The notes under the pieces are model-generated. The model saw only the letters and a program-made list of their open reading frames with translations. It was not told where the DNA came from and did not search any database. A DNA stretch of 64,000 bases. Source: Ramazzottius varieornatus (Eukaryota; Animalia; Tardigrada). Made by a program: the position numbers and the translations under genes. The stretch lies in contig BDGG01000013.1 of NCBI GenBank assembly GCA_001949185.1, positions 372,001 through 436,000 on the forward strand, in the 5' to 3' direction. This document shows positions 48,014 to 59,782 of the stretch, in pieces (positions within the stretch are counted from its first letter, which is position 1; the number at the start of each line of letters is the position of its first letter).

Positions 48014-51000
48014 ATGCTGTCGGAAGGATTGTTGGGAACGTCGCAGGTAAGCCTCTCCGCCAGTCCATCACCCTCACCCTGACTTGCATTCCCCCTTGTC
48101 CTCCTTAGTTCGTCGTTCTTCTGGGGAGTCCAGGAGCCAATCTATCTCTCCGTACTATCCACTGGCTACAGTCTCGGTCGACGCAAAGACGGACCTATTC
48201 AACAACATCTGTCCAGAATCAAAGTTATGATGAAATTCCTGAATCGGTAAGAAAAACCCTAAGTGCTGTTGGTTCGGGAAGGTAACTCAGTGTCTCCTTC
48301 TAGACTTTCCTCAACCTCCTATCGTCGTTCAAAAACCTTTCGCCCAATGAAATGGTAGAGATCTTGTCCCGTCCGTCCTGTCTGGCATCCACCATCAACG
48401 AAGTCAGCTCGACGACGCATGTCGGACGTTACATTGGTATCTCACCCCTTCCCGTGAATGTTGGTCTGCTGACCAGAAAGGTCCTCCACAGCCACTGTGC
48501 AGGTCAAAGGAGAAACTTCGTCGCTAGAAAGCAGAGAAAACCAAGTACGCTTGGAGGAGCAACGCACACCAAGTCGGCCGAGCAGACACTCCAACAATAT
48601 ATCAGTGAACGTGGCGGAATTTTCTCGTCATGGCTCAAAAAGGCCAAGGTAAGTCGCACCAGATCCCCAAATTTTAACAGACAGAAGAAAACCTTGCGGT
48701 AAAAAACTCAGTCCAGATGGAAACAGAATTGCTCCCGCTTTTAAGGATTTTTAATTATTTGGGAGCCAACGCAATTGATTGACCGGAAGTTGATTGGTTT
48801 TCCTCGTAGATAATAAACAACCCCCCGCTGAAAATCGTCACGGACGAGCATATCAAGAAGTATCTCAACACGGAAGCTACCACTACGTCGAACGATGAAT
48901 TTTTCAGAGCTCGAGTGAGTTGCTGCATTTTTTCTGACTTGTCGTGGTAGTAAAATCAACTGTTTGTTTCTAGCTGGCGTTTCTGGAAGGATACATCGCA
49001 GCTAACGATGGTCGAGTCAAAAACATGCGCGCAGCGTCACCCAGCCTTTTCCGATCGTTGCTTTTCATGGCTATTTCTCTTCTGGGTGTCATGATTGTCC
49101 TCGGTATCATGACCGGTGCGATGTCCTTCAAGGTAGAAAAATGGGAGCTCGCAAACGAAGGTGACAAGATCGTACTTCCAAGTGGCGCACGTTGTCAGTG
49201 TTCCTGGCTGAAGGCACGCGCCACTTGCAAACCGCGACGGGGCTGTTTTATCAAGGTGGCGCGTGTTTTTCACTGTTATTGGCTGGAAGAGTGCGCCACT
49301 TGGAAAGATAGACTTGTCGAGTTTGTTTGGGGATCCCACAGATATTTTCCTTGGAACTTACTGTACATCATTTTCACAGTTCGATTTCTTTGTGTCTAGG
49401 TTATGATGGGTCTCGATCAGAGGGAAGTGAAACCAGAAGACATCCACGTCACCTTTAACGACGTAAAGGGTGTGGACGAGGCCAAGGAGGAACTGATGCA
49501 GATCGTCGAGTATCTGCGCAACCCCGACCGCTTCTCAGCGTTAGGTGGTAAGCTTCCCAAAGGCGTCCTGCTAGTCGGCCCACCAGGAACGGGCAAGACG
49601 TTGCTGGCTCGAGCTGTGGCCGGTCAAGCTGGCGTACCGTTCTTCCAGGCCGCCGGATCTGAGTTCGACGAGATCTTGGTCGGTCAAGGCGCCAGACGAG
49701 TTCGAGATCTTTTCGGTAAAAACTTCAATTGTGCTCGGCGAACAAAATCTTTCTCCAACTGGCGCACGTTTTCAGATTTTGAACGGGTAACGTGTGCCAC
49801 TTGAGAAATTCGACAAGGTTGTTTTTCAAAGTGGCGCACGCTGTCCTTCTTGCTGACTGGCGGTATGCGCCACTGAGACAAAAATCTTGCCGCGTTTGTT
49901 TGACTCTGTCCCATGTGAAAACTCCTTAACATTTTTCTAATTCTTCCATCCGTGTTTTCTAGCTGCGGCAAAAGAAAAAGCTCCCTGTGTGATATTCATC
50001 GACGAGATTGACGCGGTAGGATCGAAGCGGACCAACTCTGTCCTTCACCCACACGCCAACCAGACTATCAACCAGCTACTAGCTGAGATGGATGGTTTTC
50101 ACCAGACTGAAGGTGTCATCGTTCTTGGCGCCACCAACCGCAGCGAAGACCTCGATCGCGCCCTCACCCGGCCCGGTCGCTTCGACATCGAAGTCCACGT
50201 TCCCATGCCCGACCTGAAAGGCCGCTCCGAAATTCTTCGGTACTACCTAGACAAGCTAATTCTCGGGACGGACGTCAAAGTAGACGTTCTAGCCCGAGGG
50301 ACAGCTGGCTTCACTGGTAGGAAGTCATGAACCATTATTACCATTATTAGTACTATTATATTTGAACCAGAAAACCCTGAAAGTGCGGATGAACAGGGTC
50401 AGGGTTCGGCTCGCGACCTACAATCTTGCCGCGGTTATTAAGCAAGTTGAACTGGAGATCGCGGTTCGAATCCCCTCTTTTGTTCGGTTTTTGTCGTTTC
50501 TATCTTGATTTCAATTTGTTTTACTTTGATGGTTTCTTTGCTGTTGTAGGTGCCGATATCGAGAATATGATCAACCAAGCGGCTTTAGCGGCTGCCAGTG
50601 ATGGTTTAAAGTCCGTCCCGATGACATACTTGGAGAAGGCTCGCGACAAGGTCCTCATGGGACCAGCCAAGAAGTCGCGGGTACCTGACGAGGAAGCTAA
50701 CAGGATAACAGCCTACCACGAAGGCGGTCATACCCTCGTGGCACATTACACGAAAGACGCCATGCCGCTACACAAAGTCACCATCATTCCACGAGGGCCT
50801 TCCCTCGGCCACGTACGTAAATCTCTGTAAAACGAGCGAATAGTTTTGTGCGTGTTGGACGTTATGAGTACGAGATACGAAGGTGGGTGGCCGGGTTCGG
50901 CGGCAGCCGCCTGCGTACTGGCTTGCGCTTGGTTTTACCGGTCGACGGTATACAGGCTGATGACTCAAATGGTTCAATGTGTTTTCTGCTCTTTTCAGAC

Positions 51001-51533
51001 GGCGTATCTGCCAGAAAGAGAAATGTACCATCAGAAGAAGTCTGAGATGCTAGCTATGTTAGACACTTTGATGGCCGGGAGAGCAGCGGAAGAGTTGATC
51101 TTCGGTTCGGACTGCATCACCTCGGGTGCTGCTGACGACCTGAGGAAAGCCTCGGAACTGGCAGGTAACATGGTCAAAATGTATGGCATGTCCGACAAGG
51201 TCGGCCTGAGGTACTACGGCAAAGACGAAGACCGGGATATCTTCTCAGCCGGTAAAGATATCGGAGCGAACGCTGCTGAAGCCATCGATATGGAAATCCG
51301 CCGGATACTCCAAGTACGAATCATCTTTTACCAGTAATCCTTTTTCTCCCGGTTTCGCAGTCGAATGTTGTTCGTCGTAGGAATCGTACGAAAGGGCGAA
51401 GACCATATTAAGGCAACACGGCAAGGAGCACCGATGGCTGGCGGATGCTTTACTCGAGCATGAAACGCTAGACGCCGAAGAAATCAAGCAAGTTATCAGT
51501 GGGCAAACCATGATAAAGAAGGCTGTTTTGTAG
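48014..51533 (+). CDS. YME1L1: Mitochondrial i-AAA zinc metalloprotease YME1L (FtsH family)
   Basis: [66 protein letters not shown]. Confidence 0.97.
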
Positions 51534-52326
51534 CGGCTGACTGTCTCATGGCAGGTACTGGAAGAATTCGCAGCGTCCGCGCAGTACATCGTCGTACACG
51601 TCAAGTACAGCCCCGGTCCGGCTTTACTGCCTGTTTCAACCCCTTACGGGGGTGCATCGTTACATACGTAATCCCACTGCGCGGACGCAGCGAATTTTTA
51701 CAGATAATGCGAAATTTTCGGTGTCTTGTGTTTCAGTAGATTGTGTATTAACTTTCTCACCCCACGAGTTCGCCATTGCAAAATAGTATAAATGATTATT
51801 ACTGTGCGCATCTGATGTTGTTCACGATTGATTCTGTATGGGATTAATGGACTACTCATGGTCTGTAGTGGAAGTTTGCTGGACTTTAGCACGTCAATGA
51901 GTGTAGATTGGCTGGTAAAGAGTTCGATGGCTGTAGCAAAGCCACTCTCGCAGCGGTTGCTTTGGCTGCAGTGAAGCATGCACGCCACGTTTTTGTTTTA
52001 GTTTGGTGTCATTTAATTCTACGGGTAATTAGCTGTTACGTGTTACCTGCCGTACCACATGCAGACTGGTGCGCGCCCTAAAATCTGTTGTGATCTTGAC
52101 ACCGGTAACAGTGACGGACCTTGTTGGCAAGGTCCAGCGCACCTTGGCACTGAATTTGGCGCTACTGAAAACGGCGGTGGAAAAAATAGATGGACACTTG
52201 ATCAGACGTAACAGCAAAACAGCCCAACTAAGCATCTCACCTTGGCATTCATCAACTTGCTCGATTCTCCTTCTTCGCCCATCGCCACGTAATTCTCTAA
52301 ACTCACTTCGCTAGCGGTCGGCAACG

Positions 52327-54468
52327 ATGTGCCACTACATGGTACGATTTCTCTGCGGTTCATGCGGTGAATGTGGACGGGATAAGTTTTGGTAAACGAT
52401 CCTTCGCAGTACGAGGACGCAAGCGCGAAGCGCCCTCTTATGGCGGGCGAGAAGAGCGAACCTACCACGGGGTACCAAAGTTCCGTGGTCACCGTGTAAG
52501 TATTAATGGCATTCCAACAAGTTACAGTATGTTGGGTCTCTACCTGGTGCTCTTGAAATAACGTGTAAATTTTGTTGCAGATTTTCGTTATGGAATACTC
52601 TGATGGGAACCACTTTGTTAGCAATACCGTGGACTATTACTCAGGTAAGTACAGAACCTGAAATGAATCGATGATTGTCATGTGCTTTGTTATCCGGAGA
52701 TTACTGCAGGCTGGGTTTACTTTGGGAATTTTCCTCACGCTCCTGATAGCTGGTCTGGAACTCTATACTTGCACACTGGTTCTCCGCCTGGCACAAGTCA
52801 TGAGAGACGAGCAACTGGATCAGAACAACGTTCAACAGGTGGTCGAGTTCTCCGACTTGTGCCGCTACTTCATCAATGCGCGGTTCGGGAACGTCGCTAC
52901 CGTTATTTCGGTCATTACTATTCTAACGGCATCTGTTGCTTACTGGATCCTCATGTCGGGCTTCCTCTTCAACATTGGTCAGTCCATCTTCGGTAAGCAT
53001 TTCTACTTTTTAACCGATGGTTTCACGGTCCTTCTGCGCTGACTAAAATGCGTCCAGTTCAAAATGGGAATATGCGCCACTTCGGAACCCTTCTCTCAAA
53101 CTGGCGCATTCTTCCCTCTTCCAACACTGCAGTTTGCGCCACTTTGTCTGTGATCTCGGCATTCGGTCTTTTGGCGAAACCATCGCGAAGTAAACCACCA
53201 AATGTCTACTGTCCTTGCAGAATTCAGTGTAACCAATGCGACGCAGTTCTTAAATGCTACGGTAGGACCAATCGGTGCCACTCCCATTACGTCGTTTGAG
53301 ACTATCTGGACAACGAAGCTAACACCGGTCCTGTTAGTCGCCGTGGTCTACCCTTTGTGCCTCATACGCAATCCAGCCGTCTTCCAGAAACTAAATTCCT
53401 TGGGCGTGATTAGCATCGTCTACTTCGTAATCTTCATAGCTGTCAAAGCCGCATCATGGGGTATCAATTATGATGCCTGTAAAGACCCTTCCATAAAAGG
53501 TAACAACGAAAGCTGCTTGTTTAATCCAGATATAAAGTACCACTTTTGATCACAGACTGGAATTTGAGCTTTCCGGCTCTTACTGGTACCATAACTCTGG
53601 GCTTCTTTGTCCATAACGCCGGTGAGAACCCTATCAATTTGGTGATTTTGAGAAGGCGCTGTGACATGAAAAGTACTAGTTTTAAGTTTCTAGTGATCGC
53701 GATGACAAATCAAGCCGCACCGTCGACTCGTATCCGAGATCTGGGCTACGGCTACCTGCTCGTACTAGTCACCTACCTCTACATCGGCATCAGCGTCTAC
53801 ATAACTTTTCCTGATGCCAAATCTACCATCCGAGATGTAAGTTGCAAGCCAGCAATAACCTATCTCCGCGGCTAAACTGGTATCGCTGTTGCGCTTTGCT
53901 GTTGCAGAATATTTTGAAGAACTTTGCAAGCACTGACGTGCTGGCGTTCGTGGCGCGCGTGGGCCTTCTCTTTCAGATGTCCGCCACGTTTCCGCTGATC
54001 GTATATATTGCCCGACTCCAGCTCATCAAAGTACTTTTTGGGCGGAACGAAAACCTGTAGGGAACGCGTGAATAATGATTTATCCCCAATACTGTAAGGC
54101 CGTATCGCCACGTTGATTTTCTTGTACTTGCAGACTCTTGTGGCGCGCAGTGGTAGCTGCTGGAGTGATTGCACTTGGACTTCTGGCTGCGGTCTTCTTT
54201 CCGAACATCGGAGCAGTTTTAAGGTAAGCATTTAGTACTGACTGATGCACCGGTATGGAGTTTTGGTGTCTGGCAGCGTGGATCGGAAATTGGTTGTTCT
54301 CCTAGGATATCTGGTTCGCTAGCTGGTCTAGCCTTTGCTTTCACACTACCTTGTGTTGTCTACTTGACGTATCTCCGTCGAGAAGGCCGGGCGACACATG
54401 GCGTCGTCTGGTCTCACGTTCTGATTGTCCTCCTTGGTTTTATTAACTTCGTTCTTCAGTTTATCTGA
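52327..54468 (+). CDS. SLC38A9: SLC38A9-like lysosomal amino acid transporter (start uncertain)
   Basis: QSSVVTVFSLWNTLMGTTLLAIPW, EFSDLCRYF, YWILMSGFL, FQKLNSLG, FPALTG..LGFFVHN, FQMSATFPL, NFVLQF*. Confidence 0.9.
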
Positions 54469-54619
54469 ACTTTTCTGCCACAATTTTATCATGAGCGCCA
54501 GCTAGGGTGGAAAGTTTGTGCCAGATTTACACAAAAGAGTTTTCTACATAAATGCAGAATGAATAAAGCAGTAAAAGCTGAAGCAACAGTACATCAGATG
54601 ATGTTAGTGTCTTTTAACC

Positions 54620-57600
54620 TCAACCGCACCAGTTGAGGGTGTACTTGGCAGCACAAGATGCCACATTGGATCGGAAGTCGAAGTACTTGCCTGCTGAGCA
54701 GACTTGAACAGTAGCGCTCAGTCCAGTACAGTAGCACCAGTACGGTGTGCACAAGTCCAGAGTGTACCAGGTGTTGGCTCCCAGTCGATCGGCGCAGTTC
54801 TGAGCATTGCACATGGCAGTCAAACTGGATGGAGCAGAGGGCCAGTTGGACGGTGTGCCGGACGGAGGCGACAAGGTGGGACACCAAGTGCTGTTTCCGA
54901 CTTTGCAGATCACGCTGCTGCCATCAAACATCTTTCCAGCGGCGCAGCTGAGGTACTGTCCCACACCACTGGTACACTTGCAGAAGTTTCTACCACATGG
55001 CTCGACTTCGTAGTAACCGACAGTGGCAGGCTTGGTCATACAATAGGTAGCATCACAACGGTCGTAACCGCGAGGATGTCCCGTGTACGGTGTTGTGGTG
55101 GTGCTCGGTGTGATCGGGAGGGGTATGATCGTCGTGCTGGTTGTAGAGGTAGTTGGAGTGGTGGGGGTGGTGGGAGTACTCGGTGTGGTCGGGAGGGGTA
55201 TGATCGTCGTGCTGGTTGTAGGTGAGGTTGTGGTCGTGATTGGTGTAGTTGTGGTGGTTGATGAAGCGGTTGCCCCACACGTCTCAATGTTGTTTCCCGC
55301 AAGCGTCGACTGGAACCACTGGAAAATTGAGCTATTGGTAGAAAGATAGTCAGTTTCCTTTGTAGATATCCGGTTTCTGGACTTACGGTGGCAGATTGCC
55401 CGGGGCTGGACGGGTAGTTCAGCACTCCCGTGAGCGGCGCGCCAGATGCATCCTTCCCAAAAACAATCATTTTTGCGCCATCAACGTTCAAGAACGCCGT
55501 CGCCTGTCCTGCGCCATAAGCACTCGGTATTGCATTACCGTTAGAGCACAATGTTGTAGAACAGACCAGAGTGCTTCCTGAAAAAGGGGTTCATAACAGT
55601 TGGTAGTGCTGATGTTGATATTGCTGGTAGTTCTGTAGCGAGTTGATTAACCAATAGAAACCAAGACGACCGTACCCATAGAGCCAGATAATGACCAGCT
55701 TTGCTGCGTATTATTTTGCCAGTAGTAAGATCTTAAAGCCACTCCGGTACTGCCCGACCAGCCCGGGGTGCAGGCCACTTGCGAAGAACCTGGTATCTGG
55801 GCACACCTTCCGGCACCTTGGGCTGCTGCCTGGAACACAGACGGATATTGCAAGTTTATCTCGTTGCATCCATGGTGGTGGGGCCGTGCATCACTTACGT
55901 TTCCAATGTATAAACCATCGTCAGCAAGTATCATGTAGCCGGAAAGAGGCAGAGGTGGTAGGTTAGTGAAGGCTTGTCCGACTGGAAGCGCATTGCCGAT
56001 GGGCTGCACAGAGCCACTGGCAGTCACCGCTACTTGCATGGTACAGTTCCCTGTCCGGAAAAGGCTACTGAAGGGCAACAGGTGGTCTAAACTTGGTTCG
56101 ATTCTGAATGATGGTACCTTGAATCAAGTATATGGGGGCTGACGGATCGTAGTAGCGCACAGGTATCGCTATGTCGATGGGCTGCGAACAGAAGTTTGAG
56201 TTGGAACAACCGTTGGGGACAGCGGGTGGCGACGGAGCTGGAGACGGTGTCGTTTGGGGAGGCGGTGGTGGGCAACTTGTGACACTGTTACCAACCGATG
56301 GCGTTCTTTCCCACTGGAAGAAGTTACGAGGAGTCACTCGTGTAAGCCAACGATATGTGGGAATTACAACATACGTACGACGGGGGTTATGGAACAGTAA
56401 AACTTCTGGGACAGACATTTTCGCTGTGGCGGTAAGGAAGCACGTGCGTGTACGGCTGGTTCACTCTAATACACTTTTCGACGCTTCTCTACGCTTGACT
56501 TTCCGTTTTGCCGTCCTTTCCGCCTGTCCCGTAATTTTTACTATGCCATAATTTCTCGTCGTACGTGTACACTGATGGCGCACAAGTACATCGAAGTTGT
56601 GGGTACATACAGTAAAGGTATTGGACCCCGCAGAGGGATACGTGAGCAGACCGGACAATGGGTATCCCAGCGTGTCATTACCAATGACTAACATCTTGTT
56701 GCCGTCAATGTTATGCAGGATGTTGACCGAGCTGAAGTATGCAGTTAGCAAGTTGTTCAGAAAGACGGGACTATCGCTCGCATTGAAGAGGTTTCGTGGG
56801 CTGTAGGATTCTAAAACAAAAGCGTGTATGTCAGACCCGGAGGCTTTAACTACGGGCTGTTCATCGAAGTATCTCATACTCACTGTAAGTCCATTTGGCA
56901 ACAGTGCCCCCACTCAAGTAGCTGGTGCTGGGGCGGATACTCCAGCCGGACGATGAATAGTCGCCGCACTTGTACTTTGTAGATCCGGATGGAATGGCGG
57001 GATTGAAACAAAGCTTCCCCTTTGACTATCGACAAGATCAAAGTGTGTCGTGAGCCACCACTGCTTGACTTGAGTTAACGTCAGTCGTACTGTCTGACGG
57101 TACCCACGTCATAGATCCGCAACTGACTAGCGTTGTCATTCATGAACTGGTGTGTAACAACCGGTCCTTCTCGATTCCATCCTGTAAGCAACTTGCCGAT
57201 GGGGAATGGCTGCCCGATTGGCTGAAGATAGCCAGCCGAGGTATTGACTTGCATCATGCAGTCACCTACCAACAGTCGAATGATTATCAGTGCGTCGAAC
57301 GGCTGTTTGTCTGTGGACACGCTCACCCTTGAAAGCATACACGGAAGAGCCAGGGCTGGTGTAGTCCATCGGGAAGACGTCGTCCACAGTCGAACTGCAG
57401 AAGGATGAGGTGCTGCACGTGTTCGGCAAAGTGACGATTGGCGCAGAGAGGCTATCTTCAATCCCCACAACGTTCTGCCCCATGCGAATCCAGAAGACAC
57501 CGTTGTCCCCTTCCCCAGTCCCTGCGTTTAAGATAGATATGCACTATACGGAACATCAAAATTTAGTAACGCAGAACTCGTAATAGTGTCAGAACTATCC

Positions 57601-58830
57601 TCCGGGTTGGGAAGGATATCTTACCCCAAGAATTTGCCAGCATCCAGTACGGAATGCCACCTGCTGTCGAGTTCCAACCAATAATGCGAAGCGCATGGTT
57701 ACCACTGAGACTGGAGTTGCCCGGACCACTGTACGGCCCTGTACGAAGTAATCATACGGACTGAGACTCGCGGAAATCTGTCGTCTGTATTGAAGAGTAC
57801 TTATGTCTTCCTTGACCTACCGTTCGCCGGTACCCATGAATAAAAGTTTTGGTAAACTGTCATGCTGGCTGTTATGGGGCCGTTGGTCATAATCTCCAGT
57901 TTAATCTGCTCAACGAACTCGTCAATCTGAGCCTGCGTCGAGTTGGTGGGGAAATCGTCTATCCAGTAACTTTCAACTAGGGGCAAGCCCAAAATTTGAC
58001 AATATCAGTATGATTGGTTAGATACGGGTGTAGACTTACCGAGGTGTGCGTCCTGAGCGAACGGTGTGGCGTAACCGGTATTTGTGCACTGGGTTGCACA
58101 AGTCAAGTTAGGAGTCAATCCGCCGGGTGGAACCTGGTACGGGACACATCCGGAGTTGCTGCCGTACTCACCACCCGTGACATATCCGAAGAGGACGGCA
58201 CGCTCATATACCGAGACCGGGTAACCGCCGGCTTCACAGCTGCACAACAAACAGTGTGAGTTTCGGCTTGGTATGATCACAGACCAAATTCCAACCTACT
58301 TCTCGGTCGGAGTCTGCGTGGGATTCGTGCAGCTGGCGGCTTGGTGAGCTGATACAAAGGCATTCGTGGTTTGCCGGAAGCGATGCAAATTCGATCCGAC
58401 AGAACGCTTGCAGTGGAGACGGCCTACAATGAAGATTGCTGATCGCATGGGAAACTATCGTTTACAACAGTGGAAAGATCGACCGTTTACCTACCCAACA
58501 AGTACCACATGCACCCTGGTCCCGGATAGTGCCAATGCTGACGCAGTTTGGCCAAGCTTGTCGGGCGTCAAACGAGGCGGGCACAGCTGCGCGATGGCCG
58601 CGACGTGTCCTGTGCTTCAGTTTGGGATGTCTGGCCTTTTGCTCCTTAGTCAAGAGTTTGGCCGTGTTCGGTGGATATTTGCGGCGCTTTCTAAAAGTCA
58701 AATTTTGCTGTAGCTGAGGAACAGAGGAACCTGGTCAGTAACCACAGGCGAAAAATCAGCCTTACCCCTCTGCGGCACACAGACACAGAAAAAGGGCAAC
58801 CGCCAACAGCGCAAGTGAAAGTTGAGCCAT
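54620..58830 (-). CDS. Cathepsin B-like cysteine protease + 2 hemopexin-like domains + mucin stalk + 2 chitin-binding type-2-like domains (one apparent 1-nt frameshift)
   Basis: Signal peptide; [41 protein letters not shown]; exon phases join downstream exons in frame through to the stop at 54620. Confidence 0.82.
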
Positions 58831-59688
58831 GCTGAACAGGCTCAACGTAAATTTAGTGAAGCGCAGGTGGCAGCAATGATAAACATGGCGTGCTCAACTG
58901 TTTTATACCGTTTCAGAAAGTTTTCCTGATTTACGTTGAATTCCACCGTCAGCACCACTTGGGTGGGATAAGTGCCGGCGAAAATTTAATGCGACTGCGA
59001 CAGTTTTTCTTTCCATCAGAAGGGTCATGCCTGAAATTTCCGGAATGCTAGTAAGTAACCCATGACTGACTTCGGACACGGGTACGGTATTAGAAATGTT
59101 TCAAGAGCATAGAAGAAAACGAGCCAGCACGTAAAGAAACTTGCGACAACTGGAGTTTCGGGCATTTGAAGTTAGTAGAACGTGCCAAAGCGGCACATGT
59201 CTGAGTGCAGGGCTGTCGAAAAAGTACCGCGTGAGCCATCTGAAGTCACGCATCTACGCCATGCGAGTACTCCCACCTCACGAACAGGCTTCACAGGAAG
59301 ACGAAATGCACACCGAAGCAGCTTTCGTGCGAAACCCTGGATCGGGTCTCGCTACACGAGGCCCTGGACGATCTTGTGGACTGCGGTCTTTATACAGCAA
59401 ACCAAAGATCAAAAGAACTGAAACCGTTGTATTCACTTCTTCGAAATGATGATGAAAGCTAGTACAGGATATATTGTATAAAGTCTACCGCGCGTACGGC
59501 AGATACCTTCCATCAAAACTCGCAAGCATGGTCCGCTGGTACGACCTTGCTTGTAGATCTTCGTTTGATGGGCCTTGAAGCTGACGAGGGACCATTCAGA
59601 CCATGTCAATCGCCGATCACGATATCAATGCTTTTGCGTGAGAGCTGAGACTCTTGGCTATGGGCGGCGGATGCGGTCACCGTGAAAA

Positions 59689-59782
59689 GTAGCTATCGAA
59701 ACTGACAGCTACATATTTTGATAGCTATCAAAACATGTAGGTACCAGTTTCGATAGCTATCAAAACCAGTACCTATCAGTTT
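59689..59782. repeat. Short palindromic repeat cluster (GATAGCTATC cores)
   Basis: Three (GA)TAGCTATC palindromes, with the flanking spacers in inverted orientation. Confidence 0.55.

Noticed and set aside
55053-55349. His-rich and Val/Gly-rich ORFs
   Set aside because: Alternative-frame and antisense shadows of the Thr/Pro mucin repeat
57490-57625. Suspected second frameshift in the cathepsin gene
   Set aside because: Recounting gives in-frame [14 protein letters not shown]
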